DNA of 63,098 bases, the filler included, from Chiloscyllium plagiosum (lineage: Eukaryota), in the NCBI RefSeq assembly GCF_004010195.1. It is 6 parts of 2 records of this genome, joined end to end, with 100 filler letters (N's around TTAATTAATTAA, not from the genome) between each part and the next. Parts side by side here need not be neighbours in the genome. Positions count along the whole stretch, not along the records: positions 1 to 18,465 come from NC_057716.1; 5 more parts are not named here. One strand, given 5' to 3'. The position numbers and the translations under genes were made by a program. Each line of letters starts with the position of its first letter. Position 1 is the first letter of the stretch. The notes under the pieces were generated by a model. That model saw only the letters and a program-made list of their open reading frames with translations, did no database searches and was not told the origin of the DNA. Below are positions 1 through 12,339 of this stretch, piece by piece.

Positions 1-36
<36 letters not shown>
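1..36. repeat. (CA)n microsatellite
   Basis: Perfect AC dinucleotide run at the window start. Confidence 0.98.
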
Positions 37-38
<2 letters not shown>

Positions 39-1166
39 TATACTGGTCCAATGGAGATAGAAATCTTCAGCTGCTGTGTGTGTTTGATATATATATCGTT
101 CCCATTTGATAGTAAAGGTTAGCAATACTCCTTATGCTGTGCAGACAATCCAGATTACTGAGCAATACACCAGTAAAGCCTGCACAGCTCACCGTGTCAG
201 TCTGTCATCTTATCCCAGTTTATGTTGATTGAACTGTTCTTTCAAGCCGATTCAGAATTTGTTGAATCAAACTATTTCAGCTGATCTGAAAGTACCTTAA
301 TTCCATGTTCACATTCTTGCAATTTTGCTCTCTAGGGGTTCAATCCAACAGTTAGTCCCACTACCCAGTATTTTTCTATATATTTCCACAACGCGATCTC
401 AGTTAATTAACTGTCTGTTTCTGTCTTTAATGTGAATCTCTCTGTCCCTCTGTATCTTTCCCTGGCTTTGGTTTTTGGCTGCATAGTGTATAGAGTGCTG
501 AGATTGTGAAGCTGGGAAAAATGAAATGGTATGTCTTGGGCTTTTGTTCTCTTCCCAGTGTGTCCAATGTGATGCTCCATGGGCAGGTGTGTGTGTTTGT
601 GTGTTGGGTTGTTGTTCAATTCCCGGTCTGTCCCATATGGTGTTCCATGTCGGGGCATGGGGGGTATGTCGGGTTGTTGTTCACTTCCCGGTGTGTTTCG
701 TGTTGTGTTCCATGTGTAAGGTGGGTGTATGCCAGGGGTGGGAGAAGGATTGGATCATTCAAGTAAATGATGCCTCGCTGCTATTCTGTCTGAAATCCAA
801 CTTAATGCTGTTTCCTCCTGAATTGAGAACTGCATTCGAGAATGATTGGCCTTGGGTGTGTCTTTTTCCCAAGGGATGAGTTTATTAGATGTTAGTACAT
901 TGGAACAGTTCGTTAGTAGACGATACTGTATTTATTATTCTGTTAAGATTTCCAGTAGTTATGCTATTCTAAACTCCTCTTCTTTTTGTATGTGTTTTTA
1001 TTAGAGTTTTAAAATAAATTGTCTTTTGCCTAAAGTTGAGTGGTTTGACCAGTCACATCACATCTGGAACACTCACTTCATATCTACCTTTATTATAAGA
1101 CAAAGTTTCCGTCCAGGCTACCATCTTGAATTATTTTGAGGCAGTCTGGTCCAGTCCGTAGTAAAC

Positions 1167-1182
1167 TGGGGACTCTTGTCCG
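1167..1182 (+). promoter_or_regulatory. Degenerate primer-binding site, tRNA-Pro-like
   Basis: TGGGGACTCTTGTCCG resembles TGGGGGCTCGTCCGGG (complement of the tRNA-Pro 3' end) and lies just after the LTR-like end and upstream of gag. Confidence 0.55.
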
Positions 1183-1215
1183 TTTTGAAATCGATAATTC
1201 AAAATTGGGTTCAGG

Positions 1216-1478
1216 TTTAGAATCCCTACAGTGTGGAAATAGGCCATTTCGCCCAACAAGTCCACACCAATCCACCGAAAAAGAAACCTCCCAGACGCAT
1301 TCCCCTACCTTACAATTCCATATTCAGCTCTGACTAATGTATCGAATCTACACCTCCCTGAATAGTGCAGGCAATGTAACATGGCCAATTCACCTAATCG
1401 GAACATTTTTCGGCTGTGGGAGGAAAACTGAGAATCAAGAGCAAACCCATTCGGGCATGGGGAGAATGTGCCCAGGGA
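1216..1478 (-). mobile_element. HE1/V-SINE-like SINE (partial), inserted in the Gypsy leader
   Basis: Reverse complement of the SINE body (GTGGGAGGAAAAC...GAGAATGTGC) and CR1-derived tail (AGAATCCCTACAGTGTGGAAATAGGCC); similar to the copies at 8143, 28803 and 38125. Confidence 0.8.
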
Positions 1479-4400
1479 GATTTTTGTGCTCAAATGCGAC
1501 ATCTGGGTCGTTGTTAGTGCCTTTTGTTCCGGGTGTTGAATTCAGTTGGTTTGAACAGTGTTTTGTTGCTAATGGTTCTTCTGTCTCTAAACGTTCTCTG
1601 TGTGTGGAAGAAGTGAAGTTGGAGACTTTATAAAAGGTGAGCAAGTCAAAGCTGTTAGAATTGGCAGACAAGCTGGAGTTGGCTTTGAATTTGCCATTGA
1701 GAGAAGGAGAGATAATTACAGCTATAGATTGGCATTTCAAATAAAAGGAGATGAAGAAAAAAAACCAGAAAAAGAAAGAAAAACAGGAACATCGAGTGAG
1801 TTTCAACTTCGAACGTGAGCAATTAGAGAGGAAAGTCGACTTAGAATGCGGATATGAGGAGGAGTGTGAGGATGATCAACCCTATGGGAGCCAAAGACCT
1901 GATGGGGATCTGTTTCAGTATATCCAGGCATTGTCGACATTTGATGAGAAGGATGTGGAAGTGCTCTTAATTTTGTTTGAGAAAGTGGCTAAACGAATGC
2001 CAGTGACTATGTGGATTTATTTGATCCAAACAAAGCTGTATCAAGAGTGAGGTATTTGCGTCCCTATCGGAGGAGGTATCTAGGCGGTATGAGAAGCTGA
2101 AGAAAGTCATCTGAATTGCATATGAGCTTGTCCCAGAAGCCTACAGAGAGTGTTTCAAAAATCTAAAATAGCGTACCTGCTTAAACGTACATTGAGTTTT
2201 GAAAAATCAAACAAAGTAATTTTGAAAGTTGGATAAGGGCACTAACAGCAGAGCAAACCTACGATATCCTTAAAGAGATTCTTACTTGGGAGAATTTCAA
2301 AAATTCACTTCCGGCAGTCGTGAGAACTCGTGTGGAAGAGCAGAGAGTTAAAATGGCAAGACTAGAAGCTGATATGGCTGATGATTATCAGTTGTCCCAT
2401 AAATCAAAGTTTGGCTTCTGTGAGGGATTGAGAAGAATTTGCGAGATCTTCTTAAAACATATACCTGTGAGATTAAGGTTTACTCTCGTAGACCAGGAGT
2501 AGCAGATTAAAGGGGTTACAACATTGTATGGTACAGAAACATGTAATTCTTTTATGCTGAGACATAAGAAGCTATGTCATTCAGAAGGACTACCAGAGAG
2601 ATGAGAAGTGCTCCATTATGTAACATGTGGTTGGAGTGCCCGCTAAAACAAACATATTTCTCAATGGGGAAGGAGGCCTTGAACTTGGTGTTGGCGTTGC
2701 AACATTTATATTACAAATAACATGCCTGAGCAAAATCTATATACTGATCATAACGCCGACAAGTTTTTGGACAAATTTAGGGAGAATTCTTCCAACCTGT
2801 TCAGAGAGAGGTTACTATTGTTGCCATTCAATTTAGAAGTTATACAGGTGACAATACAAGAAACTGCACTTGCTGCCAAGTTGTTGAGACTTGGATGAAG
2901 GAAGACAGAGGCGATCTGTGGCCGGAGTAAACGGATTGAAATAGAATGGGGTTGCGAATGTTTGCGTGTTTAGTGTCAATGTCACATATATGTATTGTAG
3001 TCTAATAATAGAGTAAGAATAAGGGCCTTAAAATGAAGCTACCCTTGTATATTGATGCTTCATTGTTTTCAAATAGGGAGGTTTGACGATACTGTCATTT
3101 TAAAAAGATTATTCTCTTCGTCGTTTTTGAAGACAGTTCTTAAAGGCAGAGATTCCAGACTGCCATCTGAAAACGACTGAAGTAAATACGTGAGGATGTA
3201 TTTATATTTTATTGAAACGGTGGGAGCAATGGAAGGGCAGCGGCCAGCTCTCCCAGAGCAGGCTTCCTCTGTTTGTGCTTAGTTGAAGCATTCAGCAGCG
3301 GCTTTGGGGTCCCAGAAAGGTTGGAAATTTCAGTACATGGTCCCCAGCTGCTCTTCTCTCTGAGATCTCTTCTAATGTTGTTTCTTTCTGGATTGGAAAA
3401 CTGCACGTGAGAATCTGTATTTGAGATTTCCTTTGTGCCAAGCGGTGTTTACCAAGAAGGTACGGCATCTATTGTTTGTGTATGTGTTCCAACATATAGG
3501 CTAACCCCATTGTTCTTTTCTTTGATTGTATTTTAACTAAAGCGTTTGAATAGATTGTATTTTGCTTCACACTTCATATCTATGTTCATATAAGGAAAGG
3601 TTTGGGCTGGAGAAACCATCTTAAAATATTTTACTGAGGTCTCGTCTGATCCATAGCTCTCATAGCTCAGGGGCTTCTGACTGACTCCTGTTATTGAAAC
3701 TTTAGTGGAGGGGCTAGGGATGGTTTGCTGGAGGTTGTGCTGTGACCCGCGTCAGACATTCAACGAGACCTGAGGATTTGGAGACCTGGCTCTGGATGGA
3801 GCATGGGGACTGTAGTTACAGCATCTGAGCCTGCAACATGAATAACCAATGGAGCAGAGGTTGCAGGGAGGGGAAGCTCTGAAACCACGGAATGAGTGTG
3901 TGGGGGGAAAGGGATCTGCTGTATCCACCCCTGGTTGTCCAGGAACCGTTTCCCAAGCTCCACGTTACCCAGGAGCAGAGTGTGAGTGGTCCCTGACTGA
4001 ACAAGGAGCTGGTCACAGAGCGGTGTCACCTCCTTCAATAGGACCTGCAGCTTCATTCCGAGGGCGGACGGTGCTGTAATTGGCTGTTAGGGTCACAGTT
4101 GTATTTAGCTTCTATGATCCAGAACTTTCCAGGCAGGAGTGGGTGACATATCCATCATTTCGCAGTATGTCGACATCACTGGTAACGTTCTGTCAAACTG
4201 ATATAGACTGAGTTATCTGGAGTGCCTGTTTCCTGTTTGTTAACCGGTCCGCCTCTATTCCTGTGTAACATATTCGAAGGGCTAAATAAGAACAAGGGAC
4301 ATCAGTCAGTAATCCAGCCACTCGAATCATCTCCACCACTGAATACAATCATGGCTGATGTCATCACGGCCCTGTTCCACTTTCCTACCATCTCCATCCT

Positions 4401-5390
4401 GAAACTCTGATCTCTTGCAGATTGCAGCACATGAAAAACATATCTGTTCAACATCTATACTTTCAATTACTTTTAGCATTTTACAGATCTTAATGAGATC
4501 TCCTTTCACTATTATAAACTTGAGAGTTATAGGCCTTGATTGCTTAATCTCTTTTCATAAGACAAACCCTTCATCTCTGGAATCAATCTAATGAAAACCT
4601 TCTGAATTACCTCCAATGCAATTACGTTCTTGTGCAAGTTAGAGCAGTAAAACGTTTATCCAGTTGCAGCCTCACTAATGTCTTGTATAGCTACAGCAAC
4701 TCTACCTACCTTTCTACTCTATCTTTCTACAAATGAAAACTGAAACTATGCTTGCCTTTCCCATGTCTTGCTGTACCTGCATGCAGCCTTTCTGTGATAT
4801 GCACATGAACACACTGACCCCTCTGCACATGAGCACTTTGAAGTTTCTCTCCATTTAGACAATAATTTGCCTTTCTATTTTGCTGACTAAATTGTTAAAT
4901 CTCATAGTTGTCCACTTTAAATTTCATTGCCAAGTGTTATCCGATTCACCCAACCTATCCATATTGATTTTTAAAACTCTTACATCTTCATTCCGAAGTA
5001 ATTTCCCACCGATGTTAGTGTCATCTGAAAAAATGGCTATAGTATTTTCTATTCGTTCAACCCAGTAATAATATTGATGACAAAAAATAAAGGCATGAGT
5101 ACTGAAATTTGTGTCACCCCACAAATTACATTTGCCAAAAGAAAATGACACATTTTTTCCATCTGCCTGCCTTTTGTTGGTTTACCAATCCACTATCCAA
5201 GCTAATAAATTACTCTTAAACCCATGTTGTCTGATCTTACTGCTTACACTTTGGAACAGTGATACATCCAAACCCTTCTGGAAGACCAGATATATTCCAC
5301 CTCCAGGATTCCCACTATCCACCTTGTTTATGACATTTTTAAATAACTGAAATAAACAATTCAAACACGACTTAGCCTTCTTAAAACCAT

Positions 5391-6367
5391 CCGAGGACAG
5401 GCAAAATCGACGTTTCGGGCAAAAGCCCTTCATCAGGAATAAAGGCAGAGAGCCTGAAGCGTGGAGAGATAAGCTAGAGGAGGGTGGGGGTAGGGATAGA
5501 GTAGCATAGAGTACAATAGGTCAGTGGCGGAGGAGATGAAGGTGATAGGTCAGGGAGGAGAGGGTGGAGTGGATAGGTGGAAAAGGAGCTGGGCAGGTCG
5601 GACAAGTCCGGACAGGTCAGGGATCGAGTTGCTGGAGGTTAGAAGCTAGGATGAGGTGGGGGAAGGGGAAATGAGGAAACTGTTGAAATCCACATTGATG
5701 CCCTGGGGTTGAAGTGTTCCGAGGCAGAAGATGAGGCGTTCTTCCTCCAGGCATCTGGTGGTGAAGGAGCGGCGGTGGAGGAGGCCCAGCACCTCCATAC
5801 CCTCAGCAGAGTGGGAGGGGGAGTTGAAATCCTNNNNNNNNNNNNNNNNNNNNNNNNNNNNNNNNNNNNNNNNNNNNNNNNNNNNNNNNNNNNNNNNNNN
5901 NNNNNNNNNNNNNNNNNNNNNNNNNNNNNNNNNNNNNNNNNNNNNNNNNNNNNNNNNNNNNNNNNNNNNNNNNNNNNNNNNNNNNNNNNNNNNNNNNNNN
6001 NNNNNNNNNNNNNNNNNNNNNNNNNNNNNNNNNNNNNNNNNNNNNNNNNNNNNNNNNNNNNNNNNNNNNNNNNNNNNNNNNNNNNNNNNNNNNNNNNNNN
6101 NNNNNNNNNNNNNNNNNNNNNNNNNNNNNNNNNNNNNNNCTATCACCTTCATCTCCTTCCCCACTGACCTATTGTACTCTATGCTACTCTATCCCCACCC
6201 CCACCCTCCTCTAGCTTATCTCTCCACGCTTCAGGCTCTCTGCCTTTATTCCTGATGAAGGGCTTTTGCCCGAATTTGCCTGTCCTCGGATGCTGCCTGA
6301 ATTGCTGTGCTCTTCCAGCACCACTGATCCAGAATCTGGTTTCCAGCATCTGCAGTCATTGTTTTTA
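5391..6367. mobile_element. Young Penelope-like element with inverted pseudo-LTRs and a 14-15 bp TSD
   Basis: 5391-5530 is the inverse of ~6160-6290. Minus-strand GIY-YIG C-terminal peptide LEEERLIFCLGTLQPQGINVDF. CCTTCTTAAAACCAT is duplicated at 5376-5390 and 6368-6382 but is single in the paralog at 16744-16758. The interior contains a gap. Confidence 0.92.
5405..5440 (-). ncRNA. Minimal hammerhead ribozyme motif in a Penelope pLTR
   Basis: Reverse complement reads CTGATGA-A-GGGC-TTTT-GCCC-GAAAC-GTC; both conserved boxes, stem II and the GUC triplet are intact. Confidence 0.8.
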
Positions 6368-6550
6368 CCTTCTTAAAACCATGTTGACTCTGACGGATTG
6401 TGGTTTAACTTTGCAAATGTCCTGAACAATGGATTCTCACAACTTGCCTTAACTTACTATAGTATATCGTTACACATTATTCCCTAATGTATACAGTTAT
6501 TATAAATTCTTCCCTTTCGAAAACCTTTACGTTTTCTTTGAATTCCTGTT

Positions 6551-7305
6551 TAACAGGCGCAAGGCTTTAACAGATCTCCTCCAATTGCTGTGTAAGAACC
6601 ATGTGTGGCTGAATGGTCTCATCATCCAGCTGGTGTACAAAATCGATGGACTGACATCTTTCTGGTGTTCTCATGTTGTCGTCTCAAAGGCCAGAATAAC
6701 CTCCTCTGATCTTACTGTGATGTGTGAGAGGTTTGGGGGGTTATGGAATCTTCCTGTTGCTGTGTTGCTCGAGGGGATCATGGGTCTTCTCATATTCCCC
6801 CATAACAGGCTGGAGAAACTGAACGGTCTCTTCATTCATCACTGACATGGGAGCAAAGGAGTGATTGGTCTTTTGATGTTCCCTTACAACTTACACGTGT
6901 CTGAATTACCTCTGCCTTTCTCATAAATAAGTCTCAGATAGATTATATCCTTATCCAATTCAGTTGAAACAGGCTCAGTGGGGCTGAATGGCCTCCTGTT
7001 ATCCCTGTGTAACAATCGCCGAATCATTGTGTGGCCTCTTAAAGCTCCTGTGTATCAGACTTGATAGGGCTGAATGGACTGATCTTGTTGCTGTGTAATA
7101 GGATACTAGTCCGTTATGGTCTGCTCTGGGTCCAGTGTTATAGGCTCGAGGAGTTGATTGGCCTCCTCCTGTAACTGCATATCGGGTTCCAGGGTCTGAA
7201 TAGCCTCGTCCTGTTCTGGTGTAACAGGGTTGAAGGCCTAAATATCCTTCTGTTGTTTCTTGTAACAATCTGGAAAATGGCATGGATTTCTCCATTATGT
7301 GTGTT
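6551..7305 (+). repeat. Degenerate ~42-bp tandem array (about 18 units)
   Basis: Units approximate ACAGGCTCGAGGGGCTGAATGGCCTCCTCCTGTTCCTGTGTA, clearest at ~6970-7010, 7140-7180 and 7185-7225. Confidence 0.75.
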
Positions 7306-8142
7306 TTTGGCTTCTGTTCCTGACTCCTTCTGGTCATCTATGTTGAAATAAGATCATCTTTCATTCTTGTAAAGTCCAATGTGCAGTGGATCAATCCTTT
7401 CCTTATAAACTAACAGCTTCATTAAACGAATCAGTTGAGGGAACCATCTCACAACTTCTCCAATGTAACAATATCTTTTCCTCAGTAAGGTGATTAAATC
7501 TGTATACGCTACTCCAGCTGTGATCCACGAAGATCGTGTACAGTAGCAACGACGCTTTACCAACCTGCTGTAAGGTTCCCATCCAGGTTACAGCAGTCAC
7601 AGCTGTTGCGGGGAATAGACAGCATTGTTGAAAGATCATTGTCCTTCTCAACTCCACCAGCATAACGGGAGGTCTGGAGAAAAATTCATAATAAAGCTTG
7701 AGAAGATCGTAAATGATGTGGCAGGATAATTTCTACCATTAGTCTCCCCAGAACCAATTTCACTGAGATTTCACTGAATTCTGAATGGTGGAGCTCAGGA
7801 AGAGCAATGAGCAGAAAACATTGGTGGGAGTTATTTATTAAAGTGAAAGCTGCAATACAAATATTGGGCGTGTTATAAAACAGCAATTGGGATATACACG
7901 TTTGTGGGGACTGCAGTAATAATGTACTATTTAAATTGTATCTAACCTGTGTTAACTCAACTGAATGCTAATGGTGGGAAAAACGGATTACATGAGCGTG
8001 TGTGAGATGGCTTGCATTCACATTATTTCGAGCACCGAGGACGAGATCAGGTTATTTAGGAATTGGTGTTGGATGAGCAGAAGAGCGAATTGAAACTTGT
8101 TGTAAACGACCCTTTGGGAACAATGACACAACTTTTTACTTG

Positions 8143-8435
8143 AGATTAGATTCCAGAAAGTATGGAAACAGGCCCTTTGGGCAAAAACGTCCACATCAAC
8201 CCTCCAAAGAGTAATCCACCCAGACCGGTTTCCCTCTGATTAATACACCTACCGCTATTGGCAGTTCAATATGGTCAATTCACCTGACCTGAACATCTTT
8301 GGACTGTGTGAGGAAACCGGAGCACAGGCACGGGGAGAATGTGCAAACTGCACACAGACATTCACCCGAGATTGGAATCAAATAGGGGTCTCTGTTGTTA
8401 GGCAGCAGTGCTTTACATTGAAGCACGGTGCTGCC
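8143..8435 (-). mobile_element. HE1/V-SINE-like SINE
   Basis: Reverse complement of tRNA-like head plus central domain (GAGGAAACCGGAGCAC...GGGGAGAATGTGCAAACT) and CR1 tail. Confidence 0.85.
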
Positions 8436-8529
8436 TCTATTGGTTTTCTGATGTTTGTGTACACAACAATTTTTGTTTTATTTGAAGTAACGATTACGAA
8501 TCTGAGCCATGCAAGCCATGAAAGTGTGA

Positions 8530-9125
8530 AGAGAAAGTGGGGACTGCAGATATTGGAGGTCAGAGTCGAAGAATGTGCTGCTGGAAAATCACAGTTCGTC
8601 AGGCAGCATATTAGTGGCATGAGAATCGCCGTTTCAAAAATGTGAGAAATAGATGAATGAGGGGTTGAAAGCGTTAGGTGATGAAGGGAGTCAGAACGCC
8701 TCATCTACTGCATCCATTAAACCCAATGTGGTCTTCTCTACATTCGCACGACAGGACGTCAAATTGTGGATCATTTCAGTGACCATCTCTGGTACAGCCA
8801 CACTGACCAACTTCATCACCTTGTGGCTAAATACTTTAATTCCCCTTCCAATTCAATCAAGGACATGCAGGTACAGGGCCTCCTCCATCGTCAAACCCTA
8901 ACCACTTGAATAATGGAGGAAGAACGCCTCAGTGTCCGCCATGGGACCCTTCAACCACAGAGGATCAATGTGAATTTCCCATTTTCACAAACCCCACCTT
9001 GTCCCAGTCCAACCTTCCAACTTGGCACCGCCATCTACAATGTTCCTACGTGTCCATCTGCCTTCCCACCTATCCCATCCACCGTCCTCTCCGACCTATC
9101 ACTTCCACACACCCCACCTCATCTA
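8530..9125. mobile_element. Decayed Penelope-like fragment (inverted pLTR piece plus GIY-YIG 3' end)
   Basis: 8530-8640 resembles the pLTR at 33125-33245; the plus strand encodes MEEERLSVRHGTLQPQRINVNF, the GIY-YIG C-terminus. Confidence 0.75.
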
Positions 9126-9129
9126 CCTA

Positions 9130-12100
9130 GTAGATCAAAGGAAGATGCTTAGAAAAATGCGAAGTGTAGTAGTAAGCCAGTTGATTCAGAGAAATGTAGG
9201 ACCCAGCAAAGGAGGACCAAGAAACGGAGAAAAAAAAAATCAAAACGAGAAAAAGCATGCAAAAAAAGTCACAACGTAAAAACTGCTATAAAGCTTCTAA
9301 CAATGTATGGAACAAAAATAGAAAACTAGATCAAACATGGAACAGCGAGTGCGCGGACAGGGTAATTTATTGTAAAGAACAGAGACATTACACGGAAAAG
9401 AAACAGTTTCTTTGTGTCTGTCTTCATGGACGAGTATTCAGAAATTCTCCCAGAAATACCAAGTGACCATGGGACTTATGTAAGTAAAGTGTAAGATCAT
9501 TCATATCAGTGATGAGGTATCATTTGAAAAGACAGCTGGATTGCGTGTTGATTATTCTGACAGACCAGATTTACTTCATACAAAAATTTCAGTGGAAGCA
9601 GAAATAGTCATATTGATTGCATCACGGATTTTCACGTTACTTTCCGACACATTCCTGAAAGTTAGGGAGCTATTAGAGATAAGGGATAAGGGACGATTTT
9701 AAATATTATCCGCCAGTTTAAGAAAGGATGTAGACGGAGTATGGTGATCGACAGACCAGTAACTTGTCATCCGCAGTCGGATGTCTGTTCGACTCAATTG
9801 CAAAGAACATGCTACTAGATAGAAAGAATGTAATGGCAAAACTGGGGAACATGATAATGCATCGATGGAAGGAAAACCAGAAGTGGCAAACAATTTTTGG
9901 AGTGGTTTGAAGATGCTTCTTGTCGCCATCAGCAATGCAGAACCAATGGATAACGTATAGGTCGATAGTCAGGAGCATTTTTTTAAAAGAAATCACATAC
10001 TAATATCATAAGAAAAGTTAAAGCGAATGGAATTGGGCAGAACATATGCAAATGGGAAAGTAAAATTAGGTTGCTGATTCAAAACTGAGAGTAATGTGTA
10101 CTGCTGTGAGGTCCCTATCTAAAAAAGAAAACACTGAGTACAGAGGAACTGCAAAAGGCATTCACCAGATTAATCCCTAAAATGTCAAGATTGTCTGATT
10201 GGGAAACTCAGCCTGTGATCTTGAATTTCAAATAATGAGAGGTGATAGTAGTGAATCTTAGAAACTTAGAAACATAGAGAGGACTGAATGACAGAGGGAC
10301 ATGGAAAACTGCAAGCAGGCGCAATTAGTGAGAATCCCATGATTGTCTCTACGGACAACAAGTAGAACAGAATAATCAGTGAACAGTTAGTGTTCATAAG
10401 AAACCAAGGGGGCAATCTCTGTGTGAAGCTGGAGAAAATTGAGAGATTGTGACATGAGAGCTTCACACCTGTTTTACTCGGGAGAAGGAGGAGGCAGCTA
10501 CAGAATTCGAGAAGATGGATGGGGAAGCTCTTGAACAGATTGATGTAAAATGCGAGCAGGAATTTGGGGTTTTGGCTGGTAGAAAATTGGACTGATTGCC
10601 AGGTCTGAATGAATTATAACATAGGCTGCTGTTGGAGTCAAGGGAGGAAAGACCCTGAAAGAAAAATTGAATTTGAATCTGACCATAGGGGAGGTGCCAG
10701 AGGACTGGAGAACAGCTAATGTGATTCCACTTCACAGTAAGGATGGTAGAGATAAACCAGGGAACTATAGATAAGCAAGTATTAGATCACTGTTAGGGAA
10801 ACTACTGGAGAAAATAGGGAAGGAGAAAATTTAACTCCAATCAGAGGGTCAAGGCTTGGTCAGGGAAAACCATCATGATTTCATCAGAGGTAAGTCACTT
10901 CTAATGAATTTGAATTAGTTTGAGGAGGTCGCTTAATTAGTTTTGCAGCAAGTCATTTGACAAAGCTTCACATGTGAAAGTGAAAAATAATGTCAAATCT
11001 CATGAAATCCAGGATAACTTGACAATTTACAACGAAGAGACAGGGGAAGAGTCAATGAATGGCAACACACTATGACAATTTACAACGAAGAGACAGGGGA
11101 AGAGTCAATGAATGGCAACACACTATGAAGCTCAGAGGGTGCTTCTGCACGCATCCTTGAATGTGACTGGACAGATTAATAGTTTAGTTAAGAAGTGGAC
11201 CTTGGGTCTAGCAATCATTAATCGGGGCGTAGATTGTAAGAGCTATACATTGCTTTGCTGAGGCCAAGATGGGGTACTGTGTGCAATTCTGGGAACCACA
11301 TTACAGGAAGGACGTGTGAGGGTGCAGAGGAGATTCACCAGGAGGTTCCCTGGGATTGAGCATATCAAATATGGAGAGAGACTGGGTAAGCTCGGGTTGT
11401 TTAGTTTGGAGCAGAGAAGGCTCAAGGGGATGTGATTCAGAAGGATAAGATTACGAGGGGCATGGACAGGGTGGATATACAGCAACTGTTCCTTTTAGAC
11501 AGAGGGTCAAAACTTTTAAATTGAACGGTTTGAAGTTTAGTGAGAATGTAAAGATTGTATTTCTTTCACCCAGCGCGTTTTTGGGTCTTGAATTTCCTTC
11601 CTGAGAGGAGAATTATTTCCGGTATCCTCACAACCATTAAAAAGTGCTCGAATGAGCACTTGTAAGTGTCATAACATTCCCGGCTATAGGACTGGTGTAC
11701 ATCGTGCTGTATTTCTGATAGTCTAGAATCTATGCTACTGTGACTGTATGGCAGTGCAATGTCAATCATTGAGCAGCCTAAGGCAGGAATTGATGGGTTT
11801 CTGAAGAGTACATTAACAAGTGTTATAAGAGTGAGCTGTAATACCTTGACAAATTATGTCAATGTGAGAAATATCAGAACACGAATGCAGCTTCCTTACA
11901 ATCTGAAACCAGAGAATGGAGAGTGGTGAACAGGGAAATGGCAGAACTATGAAATAGCTACTTCAGTTCTGTCTTCACAGAACTTTCTAACAGTACTAGG
12001 AAAACCAAGTCTGGTGTGGAAAACGACATAGTACATGGAACATAAAGCATAGTATGTAAATGGTTTAGGAGAAATTATTGGGGCTGAAGTAATGGTCATA

Positions 12101-12330
12101 GAAAACACTAGCATAGATTTATGTAATGGGAATTATTTTTGAGAAACAAACTGAGAGACAAATGAAAGAGAAGCAACGGATGTAAAACATTTGGATTTTC
12201 AGAAAAATATTTTAGTAATGCTCCAATCCTAGTTTGCAAAATTAAATCTGAGTGGATTGGGGCGAATATATATCGTCATGTTTCTCGAATGGGACAGCTG
12301 GCAGGAAACAGTGAATAGAAATAAACAGAC
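9130..12330 (+). mobile_element. Cluster of heavily decayed CR1 ORF2 fragments
   Basis: CR1-type motifs (GAGGACTGGAGAACAGCTAATGTG, CCAGGGAACTATAG, TACTGTGTGCAATTCTGG, GAGGAGATTCACCAGG) with many stops and frameshifts. Confidence 0.7.
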
Positions 12331-12339
12331 TCGTCAAGC

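Larger units (their letters stand above)
770..3657 (+). mobile_element. Internally deleted Gypsy (Gmr1-like) LTR retrotransposon relic, element 1
   Basis: LTR-like end ~1164; PBS-like TGGGGACTCTTGTCCG at 1167-1182; gag (FDEKDVEVLLILFEKVAKRM...MWIYLIQTKL, ~1570-2420); RNase H C-terminus (KEALNLVLALQH...YTDHN, ~2660-2760); polypurine tract 3071-3081; second LTR-like block ~3084-3657 whose end resembles 1120-1164. The 5' start is uncertain. Confidence 0.75.
4290..6450 (-). mobile_element. Decayed CR1 LINE 3' half (RT), interrupted by a Penelope insertion
   Basis: Minus-strand IAIFSDDTNIGG (FADDTK-like), IYLVFQKGLD (YLDFQKAFD-like), GDLIKICKMLK; CR1 tail near 4290-4370. Confidence 0.85.

Noticed and set aside
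407..879. Overlapping Cys/Val-rich ORFs
   Set aside because: By-product of GT-rich low-complexity sequence at ~585-740.
3722..3744. Possible V(D)J recombination signal (GGTTTGCTG...TGCTGTG)
   Set aside because: The spacer is 7 nt rather than 12 or 23, the heptamer and nonamer are poor, and no J-segment motif follows.
3760..4079. 98-aa and 76-aa ORFs in the duplicated unique block as a host gene
   Set aside because: The frame is not preserved in copy B (indel near 15258), the third paralog has an early stop, and no domain is recognisable.
6551..7305. CRISPR-like appearance of the regularly spaced array
   Set aside because: There is no invariant repeat/unique spacer alternation and no cas genes, the context is eukaryotic, and divergence is spread across whole units.
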